Below the pieces are notes generated by a model. The model searched no databases. It had not been told where the DNA came from and was given only the letters and a program-made list of their open reading frames with translations. A stretch of 64,000 nucleotides of DNA, taken from the human T2T-CHM13v2.0 reference genome, Homo sapiens. The stretch lies in NCBI RefSeq assembly GCF_009914755.1, contig NC_060930.1; one strand, 5' to 3'. The position numbers and the translations under genes are program-made. Shown one piece after another: positions 1-15,594 of the stretch; the stretch's first letter is position 1, and each line of letters opens with the position of its first letter.

Positions 1-529
1 GTCACTTTATAAACAGAGTGTGTTTAAAGGAGGTTTAAAGAGATCCTAGGAAATGTGAGACCCATAGAAGTTCTGCCCAGGGAATAGATACCCCCACCCC
101 CTCACTTACTAATTCTCTCTTGCTCAATCCATGGAAAAAGATTCAATCAGACAAGTTTCTGAGTTTAAGGTCAATTTGAAATTCTTTTCCTACCTCTTTT
201 CATTTTTTCCAAGCCAAACATTTTACTGGCTCTGAGGCAAAAGCATAGAAGTTTATCCTTACTTGCCCTAGACACCCTGTTATTTTCATTTTAAATAACC
301 AGTTTCTATGCTTGGAGCTTTTAACCCACTGAGCGAGATTTCTCTGGATTTTCTCTCCTCCAATTTGTCTCAATTTGTACTACTTTTTAAAAACACAGGC
401 CAGTGTGTCCGATTTTGCTTACCCACACGCAACCAGCATCATACTCCACCTGTAAGGGTTTCTTTCCAGCGATTGCCCTAATTTTCACCTCGTCTTTGTA
501 GTAGAAGTCCTATAAACATTGTCTATAAA

Positions 530-655
530 GACAGTCTCAATACTTTTATCTCCTATTTTCTCTTTGATCTATTTTGACTAGGTCTTTGTTCCCACAAATT
601 AATTGATACTCAAAAAAGTCACCGATGACTTCTATCTTACAAAATCCCATGGTCA
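530..655 (+). mobile_element. L2 LINE fragment, interrupted by L1M and resuming near 1830
   Basis: aagtcaccgatgacttctatcttacaaaatcccatggtca resembles the L2 consensus, and the adjacent L2 sequence reappears at ~1830. Confidence 0.6.
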
Positions 656-1760
656 TAGGTATAAAATCTAAAACTATAAAATTTCTGGAAGAACATTAGG
701 AAAAATTTTTAAACGTGTGTTAGTTAAGCAAAGATTTCTTAATTGTGACAGCAGAAGCAGGATTTATGAAAGAAAAAATGATATTTTGGGCTTAATCAAA
801 CTTAGAAACCTCTGCTCTTTGAAGAACATTAGTAAGAGAATAAAAAGAAAAGCCACAGACTCTGAGAAAATATTTGCAAAGTAGATATCTGATAAAAGTC
901 TGGTGGACAGAATACATACAGAATATTCATATCTCACTAATAAGGGAACAACAAATTCAATGAAAAAAATGGATAAACGATGTGAATGGATAATCCACCA
1001 AAGAAGATAATAGAGTTGGAAGATAAGTACATGAAAAGATGCTCAGTATCATTAGTCATTAGGGAAATGGAAATTAAAACGACAATGATATGCCATCTTT
1101 TAGGATGGCTAAAACTAAAAGAAAAAAACCTATATAGCAACTAGAATTCACTTATATTGCTGGTAGTCATAAAAAATGGTTTAACAACTTTGAAAAGCAG
1201 TTTTAACATTCAGGTTTTTTTTTTTTCATAAAATTAAACATACAATTATCATATGACCCAGGAGCTAAGTATTTACTCAAGTGAAATGAAAACCTATGTT
1301 CAAACAAAAATTTCTATGTGAATATTTATTGTGAATTCATTTGTCACTTTCAAAACTGAAAGAATCATCAGTAGCGGAATGAAGAAACAAATTGTGGTCC
1401 ATCTATACACTGCAATGCTACTCATCAGTAAATACAAAGGAATTACTGATATGTGTAATAAGAAGATGAGTCTCAAAGGCTTTATACTAAGTAAAAACAG
1501 TCAGATTCAAATGGCCACATGCTGAATGATTCCATTTATAGGACATATTGTGAAACTACAGAGGCAGAAAACAGATCTGTCGCTAGCTATGGGGAAGGTG
1601 TTGGCTACAAAAAGCCACAGGATATTTGAGTCCTGATAAAAGTTCTATGTGATGATTATGGTGGTGATAATACAACTGTGTATGTTTCTGAAAACTTGCA
1701 GAACTTTAAGCCAGAAAGAGTATTTTACTTTATGTAAATTTTACCTTAGTGAAAAAAAAG
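656..1760 (+). mobile_element. Ancient L1 (L1MC/ME-like) 3' ORF2 and 3' UTR fragment
   Basis: aaaactataaaatttctggaagaa, aaaagatgctcagtatcattagtcattagggaaatg and tgattccatttata motifs; ends in an A-rich run near 1752-1760. Confidence 0.8.
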
Positions 1761-1829
1761 GCTGTGGACATTTACCCCATAAACAGCTATGATAACTGAT
1801 TATCATTCAAAAATAAACTAGGGGTTAAT

Positions 1830-3038
1830 TCTAAGTCTGCACCTTATCTGACCTTTCAGCAGCATTTGGCAAAGTTGACCACTTCCCTCCTTTCATGAAT
1901 TACCTTTTAATTTTTTTAATTTTTTGTTTCATGCATAACACACTTTTCATGTTGGCATTCGACCTTTACTGACTGCTCCTCACAATCTCATTTCCTGACC
2001 CTTCCTCCTATTCTTTACCTCTAAATGCCGGAATGCCTTGGCTCTTTTAGGCAGGGTGGCCAGACCAGGCTTCTTTCAGGAGGGGAAAGTTGAACAGAAA
2101 TCTAAACAAAGAGGAAACACAACGTTTCCTCTTAGGACTGGTGAGATAATTTGTGGGGTCTAGCGCAAAATGAAAATATAGGGCCCCCAGTTCAAAAATT
2201 ATGAATAATTCCAAGATGGCAACAGGACAGCATTAATCCAGGGGGCCCCTCTGAGTGCAGGACCCTGTGGGACTGTGCAGGTCACACACCGGATGCCATT
2301 GAAGCTGGTCCTGTTGCTGCTTCTCAGCACGTCCACTCCTAAGGCCCATGTCAAAGCTGAGCTGTCTCTCACAGGACAATCTCAGTGACTTTGCAGCTGG
2401 ACTTCTTGCTTCTGTTCTTTTTCCCTTTTAGGAAATTATCCACATAGAAGCCAGAGTAATCTTTTTAAAATATCATTGTGCTCCTCTGCTCAAAACTTTT
2501 CAGTGACTTTCCATCACTTTCCTATAAAATCCCAAGGCTGGCTAAGGCTACCACCCCTCCAGATCTGGCCCCACCTGATTTTATGACCTTGTCTGTTACC
2601 ACCCTCCCTTTCCATCACTTGCTCAAGCCACTCTGGCCACCGTGTTCCTCTTTAAGTCAGTCCAGTGCCTTTCCACCTCATGGCCTTTACACTTGCTAGC
2701 CCATTACTGTAGAACACGGCTTTCTCAGTTCTTTGTGAGATATATTCTCTTTGTTTTCAAATTTCTGTTCAACTCTCATATCCTGAAGGAGGTCTTCTGT
2801 GTCCACCCTGTCTAAAAGAGTTGTCCCTCTCCTACCTGCAACACCTCCTGCCAAGTCTCTTTATGTTCTCTTTCCCTGAATAACATGTTTTTCATAGAAC
2901 TCATCTGGAATTCTCTCGTACACTACTTTATTATCCATTTTCCCTGCAGACCTGTAACCCCCATGAGAACAGAGGCTTAATCTGGTTTCTTGCTGTATAT
3001 CTGGTGCATAAGATGTGCCTAACACATATTAGACTCTC

Positions 3039-3040
<2 letters not shown>
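1830..3040 (+). mobile_element. L2 LINE fragments including the 3' end, with MER45A inserted
   Basis: gacctttcagcagcatttggcaaagttgaccac, ccagagtaatctttttaaaa and a 3'-end-like gtgcctaacacatattag. Confidence 0.7.
2133..2313 (-). mobile_element. MER45A-like hAT DNA transposon fossil
   Basis: Termini taggactgg and ctggtcctg; internal gcaaaatgaaaatatagggcccc and gggcccctctgagtgcaggaccctgtg. Confidence 0.75.

Positions 3041-3041
<1 letters not shown>

Positions 3042-3069
<28 letters not shown>
3042..3069. repeat. (AC)14 microsatellite
   Basis: Read directly from the sequence. Confidence 0.95.
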
Positions 3070-3072
<3 letters not shown>

Positions 3073-3170
3073 TCTCCTCTTTGCTTTGGTACTTGCATTT
3101 CTCCTCTTTTCTTTGCTACTTGCTATAAAATTATCCCTGCTCCTTCACTCTTCCATAAGTAAATCAATAG

Positions 3171-3255
3171 TAGGCTGAACCATATGAAATGGTGACATTG
3201 TGAATACGTGATCATTTTGGAACTACAAAATGGCAGTTTCATATGGTTCAAATTA
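3171..3255. mobile_element. MADE2-like mariner MITE (~85-bp palindrome)
   Basis: tgaaccatatgaaa (3176-3189) is the exact reverse complement of tttcatatggttca (3237-3250); the ends match the MADE2 pattern TAGGTTGAACCATATGAAA. Confidence 0.85.
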
Positions 3256-4650
3256 ATAATATTGTATAAAAACAAAAACACATGAATGTGGCAATGACAC
3301 ACTGATTAAGATAACAAAGGTATTTGATAGGAAAGGTCAAACATCATGATCAGAATATTGTTCCATATAAATAAAACCTGGAGCCGCCACTGTGATGCCT
3401 CTACCTTCCTGTGAAAGTTACGAAGCCGGTAGAGAGTGACAGGATGTCTGCTTCCTGAATGATAAGAAGAAACGAATGGATTTCACACTGACAGCTTGTT
3501 AATCCACTACTTGGCAACCACAACATTGGAGACCAATCCTCAGTTTCAAAAATCCGCATTCTCTCTTGAAGTCTTATTTAAGTAATATCTGTGCAATCGA
3601 TGAATGAAGCCAAACCAGAGACATGTATAAAAATCATAATGGTATTCACTGACAGATATTAGCTCTTTCTTTGCTAATCCAGAGAAAGGATTTTTTTTCA
3701 TTTTTCTTTCCAGCACACCAGCTATTATTAAATTTAAGAAGTGCCAAAAACTAATCCTTTTTTTTTCCTATTTCTAACAACTGAAACATATAATCCCATG
3801 GTATTTGCACATTATACTTAATTGCAAATGGTTATCAACAGCATAAATCTCACATTAGTATGCTAGCTTCAGTGAGATCTGTTTGTACTTCCCACCTTTA
3901 ATACTACGGATGGTTTAATACTGAATAATCTTTATATTTCAATACTTTCAGCTGCTTTTTACCTTTTTAGGTTTTCTTATCCAAAGTTTTCCCTGCAGCT
4001 TTGTAAGCATAATAAATCTATCGGCCTCCAAAGCCCACCTGACTTGAGACGTGATGGAGTTGGTAGGTTCACCAATTGAGTATAAGACTAAAGATTTCTT
4101 TCCTTATTCCTTTTCCAACTTTCTCCCATTGACTAATGTAATTTATATGCATGTGTATTCTGTGAGCATATTCAAACCTGAAATTTATGCTTTTGAAAAA
4201 ATATAGCAATGATCAGGTTTACCTCTCTGATAACTAAATGTATACTCATAATCATCAAACATTGCTAGCTCAATCTGTGCTACGCATATTCCTCCTATTA
4301 GGAAGACGTGCAGATGTTTTTGGTTATTAATCAGATACTAGATAAACAAAAAATTATTAGGAGATAGAAAATCAATTAAGTGAAAAGGAGAGTGACATCT
4401 ATGCCTATGAAAGCAAGTCAGAGTTTCCTTATATGAACATAATAAATACCTAAAATTTTATCTCAACAGTTCTTTTTACCAGTTTTGAAAAAAATCCCAG
4501 CAAAATAAGTATATTGCTTAAAAATTTCATTATAAAGACACTGATAAAGGCTTACAAAAATTAAGTATACAGCATATTTTCAAATTAATCTTAACTTATA
4601 TTAATCTGTTTATGTTTTTATAGAGCATTTTTCTAAGATAGTATGTGTAT

Positions 4651-4652
<2 letters not shown>

Positions 4653-4683
<31 letters not shown>

Positions 4684-4706
4684 TGTGTGTGTGTGTGTGT
4701 GTGTGT
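4653..4706. repeat. Compound (GA)14(GT)13 microsatellite
   Basis: Read directly from the sequence. Confidence 0.95.
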
Positions 4707-4893
4707 ATAGTATGTGCTTCAGTAAGAAAAGACAGATGCAAATGTTAGTAGTGTGGTCCAAAACAACAATGTCCAATAATAAGGGATAATTAAGATGACT
4801 ATTTTTGTTGGGGAAAAAATAATGCAGACATGGTCATCTTACTTGTTATTTATTATTAGATACTGAAGAATGTTTGACTAAACTTGCAAATGA

Positions 4894-5235
<342 letters not shown>

Positions 5236-5578
5236 TCAACTCACATTTTTAAAAATCTTTTCAAACTACATTGCTTTTGTTGAATAAAGATGTTCAAAAC
5301 ATGTAGGATGGCTTAGTAAAATAGACGTTAATAGAAATGGTCATAAAAGAAAGGTATAAAAAATACACTGCTTTTTTAGCAACCACATAGATCTTTAGTG
5401 GATATTTAATTCGTATTTTGGGATAATCTTTACATGAAACAATGATACTCTTTCACAATCTCCACGTCTAATTATAGTACACCTACTTAGATTTTGAATT
5501 TGGCAAATATGTCATATTTTGTTGTAAAGCATGCCTTCCTCGATTCTTTTATTTGCTAAGGGTTGGTTCTACTTTTAA

Positions 5579-5946
5579 CAGTAGTTCCCAAGGCTGACTG
5601 CATATTAACATCACCCGAGAAGCGTTTACACAAAACGAATGTTTGCACTCCTACACAGAGCTATTGATTCAGAATATCTGAGGGGTGAAACATGGGAATT
5701 AGCATTTGAATTAATAATACACACTTTAACTGAAGTAGAATATGCATACAGAAGAATGCAGCCATCTTACATGTACAGTTTAAGGAATTGTCACAAAGTG
5801 AACACACCTGTGTAATCACCACTCAGATTAATAGTATATCACCAGCACGCTAGGAATCCCATTCATTTCCTTTTGCAAATAGCCATTAGTACCTTTGAAA
5901 AGTCCCTCAGGGGTTTCTAACATATAGTTAACAATGAGAACCACCG
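5579..5946. mobile_element. MER5-like hAT fossil split by an antisense L1M 3'-end fragment (~5712-5880)
   Basis: Termini cagtagttcccaa and tgagaaccaccg; the insert carries tgtacagttt...acaaagtgaacacacctgtgtaatcaccactcagat. Confidence 0.65.
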
Positions 5947-6044
5947 TATTACATGCTAATTGTCTTGTATACCAATCTCTCTATTTTGATGGAGTTGTGA
6001 AGAAGAGGAAATAAATCAAACACATACTCTGTGTTGGTGGTTCC

Positions 6045-6450
6045 ACAAGCATTATCTTATTTTATCTTTAAAACAACCATTTAGAATAGTTAGCATTACA
6101 TCCCTTCAGATAAATGAGGAAGCAGAGGCTGAAAGAAATGACTAATTTGTGAAAGTGGTACCATTGAAATGAGAACACTGGAATGCAAATCCAGGCCAGC
6201 TTAGTGGTTAAAAGATCAAAGTGGATCAGGCTGACTTAGGTTTGAATACCAGCTCCACCACTTCCTAAATGTGGGACTTCGCGTCGATGGATTCAGTTTT
6301 ATTATTAATGAAATGGAGATCATAATGCATTCTAACTCATCTAATTGCCATAAGGATTACATGTAAAGGACTTCAGTGCCTTATAACTATTATTATGGCT
6401 AGCATTAGTCTTTTATCTTATATCTGATTCCAGACTTAACTTTTCCCACT
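6045..6450. mobile_element. Two MIR fragments, a plus-strand MIR (~6197-6400) within or next to a minus-strand MIR
   Basis: Minus-strand core aaatgaggaagcagaggct and plus-strand ggtttgaataccagctccaccacttcct. Confidence 0.6.
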
Positions 6451-8556
6451 GCCTCAAATGGCTTCTTGTAAAAAGCCAAAGTGAAGAAGCCCCGTTTGCA
6501 ACTTCTTGCCATATCTCTTGGTAATTGGTTGACTTAATTTCTTTGAGGACCATCAGAAGATTGAGTCATATGGAATGGGAGCCAGAGAAAAAGATGATCA
6601 CAATGTATACACTAATAAAACTAATGTGTCTCCAAATTGCAAAAACACAGGAAAAATGGAATACCTCTTATGCCCTTGCCAGATTAACAATTAGGTCCAC
6701 TGATTTAAATTTAGAAGGACATCATTTGAAGAGATGTCCAGGTATTAAAGAAAAGTATGTTAAAATATTAATTATAAATGAAACTTATCATGCTGCTTTA
6801 TAAGTTTACATTTCTCTCCTTTAATGGAATGTAGATAGAAATATAAAAATATATGTGAGTGTATATGTATATGTATATACACATATCTTCATAAATAGGT
6901 AAACTTATAAATAGGTAAGGGAACCAGGTTAATTAAAATAAATCAAGGGGATTGCCTCTCCTTGTCCCTTGAGACTGAGCTAACCAGTCTACAGGAGCTT
7001 TAAAAAGTCAAGTGATACTTAGGTGAGGAAAATAACATTATGTCACTGTTGTCCTTTCAGGTTAGCAAACAAAAGCTGGATACCGCAAATTACATAAGTT
7101 TCAGCCAGATATCTTTGCCTGACTAAATTACAATGTTAGGGAATTTCCACTACAGTCCTGGGATGTGCCCTGCCAATACCCTGCTTCCTAATTAGACCTG
7201 TTACCTCACTTGACCTACTCTTCCTGCTACTCATATAATTCTATTTAAAAAAAAAAGAAGAAAAAGAAAAGAAATAAATGAGAGTGATTAATGATCTCGT
7301 TGGACATGTATTTACCCTTCTACTTTGCAATGTGGGGAGGCAAAGATTAACAGCCTCCTTTAAGATTTCTCCAGCTAGATCAGTCTTGTGCTCTAGGAAT
7401 TTCATAATTAAAACAATATATTTGTGGAAAGAGCTGTGACTAAGAATCAGCAGAGCTGTTTCACACCTGACTCTGACAGTTAAGTCTGTCAGGTCCTCTG
7501 GGTTTCGGCTGCCTCATGTGTAACAATGTTTCTGTTACCTCAGTTTCTCTGTGTGATTTGACTTTGGAAGGTTGAGGACAATATCTAAGAGATGCCACAG
7601 GGTTTTGTTCTGTTTATTTGCGGTGGTGTTTGCTTGTCTGTCTTTAAAGCTTTAGGTTTATGTCTATGTTAAAACTGGAATTTCCCAAACAAGCAAGGCA
7701 GAGAATGGCCAAATAATCACAAACTCATTGTAATCTTATGGTATCAGTACATCTTAAGGATATCCACTCACATACAGCTATTAGCAAGTTTCAATTCTGA
7801 TTAAATTCCTCTTAAAAGTTGAATGTAGTCAACTTTTTGTGTCTCAATTTTTTATTATTTTAATCTAATAGATTAAATCCTAGAAAACTTTGTTTTAAAA
7901 TCAAGTATTTACTCTTAAATATGTTTTAATATTTATTAAATATAAAGTCTCACACAGAGCAATTGACTTTATTGAACAGACGTTTACAAGACTAATGGAA
8001 ACTTCCTATTTGAATTATTCTATGAGATTGTCAGAATAGAATCAAATTGTACTAAACATTAAAATATTCCTCTTTCAAAACCTATGTAATTTTATCTTAT
8101 CAGTCTATGCCTCAAGGATGTGATGAAGATATAGGGAATCAGAATGGAGGTATGAAAGTTGTGTGGAAAGGATACAGTGGTTTTCAAAATGTAAGGTATT
8201 AGTATGTAGTTGCTGCTATTTGAGAAGGATAATTTGACTGATTTCATATAAAATGTACGATAGTAGATGAATGAAGGTTTTAGCGTAATAATAAAGGTTT
8301 TAATCGTTTTTAATAAACATACTTTATTATAGTAACCCTGTTAGGCATATTTTGGACATATTTTAGGATTTAGCCTTGCTTTGCTTTGGTACACTTCAAA
8401 TACTAAGGTGTCTATCCTCATGTTGAATAAAGGCCAAGTGAATGGTGAGCCATTGGAAAAGCAGATGATTACGCTATTCTTTAGAAGTAGGAAATCTGGC
8501 ATCAGCTGTCTAAATCGGTGTTTCGCAGAGTTAATTTCATATCACATTAATTCAAA

Positions 8557-8759
8557 CAGGTTTTCTCAACTGTGGTACTCTTGATATTTTTGGCTGGGTA
8601 ATTCTTGGTTGTATAGGGCCTGTCCTGTGCATTGTAGGATGTTTAGCATCCTGCTACTAGAGGTCAATAACACCTACCCATTTGTGGCAAGAAACAAAGG
8701 CATCCAGACATTGCCAAGTGCCCCCTGGAGAAAAAATTACCTTCAGTTAAGAATTACTT
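8557..8759 (+). mobile_element. MER20 hAT-Charlie DNA transposon fossil
   Basis: caggttttctcaac...ctgtcctgtgcattgtaggatgtttagc...ccagacattgccaagtgccccctg. Confidence 0.85.
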
Positions 8760-9084
8760 TTCTAATGTTTTATCCCCACTAAATGATTTTATGATGAAAT
8801 TTATATGACAAATTCAGCAATAATATGACTCTCTCTTAAAGATTCACATTTAATATTGGCATGTTAAAGATTCTGAGAATCTTATTGCAAGGACACCGAT
8901 TTACTCTTGTCTAATTTAACATTTCCCAAATATTTTGATGACAGGATTATCTATATCTTAGTAATAGCCATTTCAGATTTCTATACCATGTTACAAAACA
9001 CACTGGAAAATTCTGGTGAAATTGAATATCTACACAAGCATTTGATTTACTTATAAGAAACGAGAGTTCTTATTAAATGTCTGA

Positions 9085-9391
<307 letters not shown>

Positions 9392-9614
9392 TATCTTTAA
9401 GTTCTAAAAAATAATTTAACTAATAATAGACACAACATCAACCATAGTAAGCTAATGAAATTGCCTTTTAGCTCATAACATAGTAGTTTACCAAATTACA
9501 TGGCAGAGATTCATCATTCCCTTTTTGAGAGAAAAGTATTAGTAGTATTCTCACTTTTATGAGTCAAATAAATAGAGTAGAAAGCAGAAATCCAAATCAT
9601 ATTCTCAGGAGTCC

Positions 9615-10221
9615 ACACTTTTGGTTGCCTGCTCACCTGTCATAGTATATCTTTTGGAAGTAGCCATCTCAGCATACTGTCGCAGGTACCAGCCATGCAA
9701 TTAGGATGGGATCACATTCCCCTGCTGCATCTCCAGGGGCAATTGGCCTCATCCACTCAGCTCAAACCAATTCCATATTCACAATGACTGGCTCAGTGAC
9801 AAACACTTAACCCAGGCCTAAACTGCTCAGTGCTTGGCATTTGGATAACTCTTTCCGGACTGCCCACTTGACCTAAGTTGGTCTGGTCAGATAGAGGCCT
9901 AGGACTTCAGTGCCATAGTTGGGGAAAGAAAAGCCCCTTGGTCAGGTCAAGCAAGTGGTCGGATGAGCAGATAGTTAGGTTAGCAGATAAGAGGCCTGTG
10001 ACTGCTGCAACCTTTTGCTGCCAAATGGAAAAGTCACCTTCATGGGAAGCCAAAACATGGAAGAGGATGGAACCAGAGAATTCCAGAGTGAGAGATGTAG
10101 CATCCCAATCGAAATGCCTAAAGCCAGATCATTTTCAGTCGTCCAATAGCTCCTTTATTGTTTTGCCCATTTTGTGTTTAGGTTTCTGTCAATTACAGTG
10201 GAAACCATTCTTATCAATACA
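9615..10221 (+). mobile_element. Old MaLR LTR (MLT1J/K/L-like)
   Basis: tgacctaagttggtc and an MLT1-type end ggtttctgtcaattacag...attcttatcaataca. Confidence 0.55.
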
Positions 10222-11924
10222 CCCGAAAAGGAAATAGTAATAAATGCCATGTCATTTCAGAAATTAGTTATCACAATAGAAAACAAAATACTTGATTTAA
10301 AATTATTTTGCAAATTTCAAACCACATTATATTATTATTATTATGCCTAACTTACATCTTCCTAAGCTAGGTCACTGTTAATCACAAACTTCAAAATAGA
10401 AGAAAAAAATCAGGTAATATGGTTAGACACAATTAGTAAGGTAACTCCAAAGGAACGCCACAGACAACTTGCTATCTACTTGTCTAGCCATAGGTACTAG
10501 CTAGAAGTAAAAAAAACAAATATCTGGAGAGAATGGCCTAGGTGTAGCTTCCTAAGGAGAGAATAGTCAGGGTGAAAAAAGAACTTAGTATGTAACATGA
10601 TAAAATGTTAACAAAAATAAGCTCTCAGTTGCCTTATTTTTGATAAATAAATGAATGATTCTGTTTAATTATTTAATTTATTGTGGAGAAGTTGGAACGA
10701 AGGAAATGATTAAAATCAGTCCAAATATTTGTCTAGTTTTTCCATGGATTCTTGCAAGCTTGTTTCTCCTTTTGATTCCATATCTAAGTTCTAGTTCTTG
10801 CAAGAGACACCTTTCTATACTATTCCTGCAGCTAATTATTATAATGCAACTCACTTTCGTCTTCTGAAGTCCAGACACGTTGAAAGTATTGGATAACAAA
10901 AGATACTTCTTTAAAGACTGTCACGTGATGGTGCCATTCTAAGAGGTGCCCAAGTTGTCACTGACTAACTCCAAAGGTGAGTTACTAACCCGTGCCTTGG
11001 AGGAGCTATGAAAGAATAGTTACTAGAAGCTACAAAAGACAAGAAAAGTGGGTTCTGAATAATTCTGAACATATCTTTAATGTCTTAGGAAGAAGCTTTT
11101 GTTTACAAGGGGAAAAAACCCCAAGTAAACAGGATCTAGTGACATGGCCACCTTCGATTAGAGTCTCTAAGAGAAAGGCCTTCCTAGACTCATAATACTC
11201 CTAGAGACCTCAACAGCAATACTTTGGGGGTCTTCATTGTACAGTTGGCTGTGTATGATGTGATTCAAATATTCCCCCAGGCCTGCTTTTAATGTCCAAC
11301 GAAAAAAATAGTTTTCTTACTTTGTACTTAATTTTTTTTTTCTACCTAATGGCTCTGCTTACTCATAGTTTCTGTTACCTCATAACTTTGGCAAAGCCCA
11401 TCATCATGTTTCCAGGCTGATTTCTACAACATTTAACTTTGGTTCCTCCTGCTAAATGACTCAGGCTCTTAGAATTTCCTAGTTCTGATTTTCAAGAGAA
11501 TCTCACTTGCTGAGCTCATCTTTTGTAAGCCAGGCCATATCACAGTTTTCTCATCAGCTTTTGGATTGGCTGCCTTTGAGTCCAGTGTCTCATTCTTGGC
11601 CTAGGTGGGAATCACTAAGGAGGTGGAAACCTGTGCACTAAAATTATTATGAAGCAGTTTTTCCTGGTAAGGAACGTAGCCATGGTGAACAAGGTATGAA
11701 ACATATCTAATAGAGCTTAACTCTTGCTAATTAGTAAAGCAAACTCCCTACATCCCATTCATCCAATTCAAAAGTTGTCCCCATCTGACACATTCCATCT
11801 ATCACATGCATTGTAAATACATTGATACCTTAAGAATAGGATGCTTTTGTGTCAACTCCATCTAGTGCCTCCAGAAGAAATGACAAAAGGCCACATCAAA
11901 GACTATTTAATGATATTGGAATCC

Positions 11925-12490
<566 letters not shown>

Positions 12491-13560
12491 GTTATTTTAA
12501 ATAGTACCATTAAAGTATATTGGGTTTTTATTTATCTCCTCTTTGCAATCTGTAAAGTAAACAAACATTGCTAAACAATTGATATACAATAGTGGGAAAT
12601 AACTAGAACTGTTATAACAACCAACTTTTGCAAAAGGGAAAAATGGGACACAAACCTTTATTTCTGTACCTGATGCCATGTACCATTCACTTGCTCTTGT
12701 CCTAAACATATATTTCATTTTCTGGAATAGTTCATTACCTTGTAACATATGGTTCTCATGGCTGGTACTAAAATGTCATTTATTTTGAGATGGTAGGATA
12801 TTTAAGGGGATGAGTAATTTTAAGAGGATTAACTTGCCGCCTAACATTTTTTTTTTTACAGTGAAGAAAGTCATGATGCTCCCCTTCTCCAGAAAGCACA
12901 GAATATAACTTTATTAGCTGCAACATATAGCATGAAATATCAGAATTTCATTCCAGAAGCAAAGCCATTATAATGGCCTAAGTAATTCCAATTACCCCAC
13001 CATTTCCACTAGCTTAAGCCCAATTCCTGGTACAAATTTGTTTTACTTGAAGTCTTTTTGTTTACTTAAATGTTTACCCAAAGTCTTTTTATAATTAAAA
13101 AGATTCTAACTCAAGTGGCCTTAATAAAAAGAGAGCTTCTCTTAAGAATATATGTGATCCAAATCTGGAATAAGAGTGTTGATGGGAATCAAAGAAGGTC
13201 TAGGAGCCAGTTCTTATCCATATCTCTCAGAGTGAATGAGACTCTGTATCTTAATGTCTTTTTTCCCTGAGTTTCTATATATTTTAGCTTTAGTTTGCCA
13301 TATTCTCCACCTTAAAGCCCCTACACGACTTCATAGCTTCTCTCTCTGTGCCTCTTTTGACCTTCAGCAATGACTACTAATGGCTTGATTTTCTCTGTAC
13401 TTCTCAATTAAAATCCCGGAGAAAGTGAGTGGTACCGGCCTAGCTTATTTTATTATAATTTCTTTACAGCTAGTACATTGACTACTGTTGGTCAATATCC
13501 ATTTCTGCCTAATTTTTTGTATTTATTATTTTGTGCAAGCTATGTCTTCAGGGGTGGTGA

Positions 13561-13925
<365 letters not shown>

Positions 13926-15453
13926 TGAATAATAGGCTAATATAATAGCCTAAGAGAAAAGCACATTTTATTCCTCAGGGCATGATACTGACCAACAGAT
14001 TTGGAGGACCATAAAGAAAACTTCATTTTCAGTGATGTCAATTTGGTAGCTTGAAATCACCCCAGTGGAAATATCTTCTCCTTGGGAAACCAGCAAACTC
14101 AACAAATCGGGGCTTCCCCACTCTGTGCCCCACCCTCACTCTTTCACTCTATAGCTGGTTCATCCACACACTACTGCCTCTTACCTTTCAATGACCTTGG
14201 CCATGCACCAATACCTGAGTCTATTGCTGTGATGGGAGAGTGGATTAAACAGGTTGCCCAGGCCTGAGTAGCTCATTCATTACAGCTTTCCAATACAGCT
14301 TTTTCCATACATTTATTACATATGAGACAAATCAGAATGTACAAGCTTTTAAATTCTTCTCTAGACTGTTAATTCTTACAAAATAAGAATGGCACTCTGA
14401 ATTTTATTACCGTTATTGAATATAATTCAGCGTTAATAATAAATAGAGCACTCAATCTTATAATTATTTAGAAATTACCCCAAATGCTCCAAAATTAGGT
14501 TGTGTGTTTGTGTCTGTGTGCATATTTAACTAAAAAGCAAATATGATAGCATTCAGCAGTTGTAGCTTATTCATATCTGTACAATAAGGCCCTGTTGGTT
14601 TGCCCCAAATCATGTGAGCTCCTTTAAAAACACTCTTGTTAAAGTGAGCATAATATGGAGAGACTCAGCAACACTCGCTTATACATCTCTTACAGATACC
14701 TGTGTAATCATCAGAAGGTCAGCCTGACCATAGAAATCATTCCTCCTTAGTAGAATAAAGCCTAAATTTAAATGATACAAAACCTTGACATTTTTTATTT
14801 GTCCTAGCTGATGCTAAATGTTGACAAGATTCACAGAAGTTCCAAGGCTTCATATGTGATACAATCATTTGATTTCTCCTACTTTATGTTTTAATGAAGC
14901 ATTTAAAGTACATAAAGAAAACAGTTGGCTTTGTCTTAGATTTGCCCCTCATCCAGGGGATTTTTATTTCTAATGCATTCCACGTCTTTGGACTCTCCTT
15001 CACCAGAAATAAGAATTTGTCCTTTTGAGGTATGGCAGCATCAGAGACAGATGGAAATAAAGATGCAGAAAAAAAACTTGGTTTTGTTCTACACACCTGA
15101 CCCTCAACTGTACCCAAACAAGACTTGGATTTCCCTACTCCATTTTTGTATCGTATGTCTCAATAAAAGTGGTAAATATGAAAATAAAGATAGCCCCGGT
15201 GAATTAAAGACACTACCTAATCATCCAATGCCAATCCTTCCTCTTTGACTACGTATCAAGACTACTTTATAGGAAAAGTGATGAAGATATCCAGCATAAT
15301 TATTAATAAAAATACATCCACACTAAATAGATTGAAGATCAGAAAATTAGAGGTGCACCCACTCAGGCTGTATTGAGAACAGCTGGCATGGGAATACAGT
15401 CACAGTGACCTTGTCACTCTCTCTGCTGAATTGACTTCGGTATCATTCTTTTC

Positions 15454-15594
15454 ATCCCCATATAGGAAGGAGAAAGCCACCTCCTGCGGATGTGCAGACT
15501 TACATGAGGTCTCCCTCCCTTGCTCAAAAGAAAGGTCACGAAAGCTGCATACTGATCACATTCTAAACCTTTTTGCCCAGGCCCCAGTGGAAGC
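15454..15594 (+). repeat. Dispersed direct repeat, copy 1 (~140 bp)
   Basis: atccccatataggaaggagaaa...cagtggaagc recurs at 16221-16370. Confidence 0.9.

Noticed and set aside
3370-3480. Minus-strand acceptor-like tttcttcttatcattcAG followed by a short open frame (SRHPVTLYRLRNFHRK)
   Set aside because: The donor is weak and the peptide is unrecognised, so support is insufficient.
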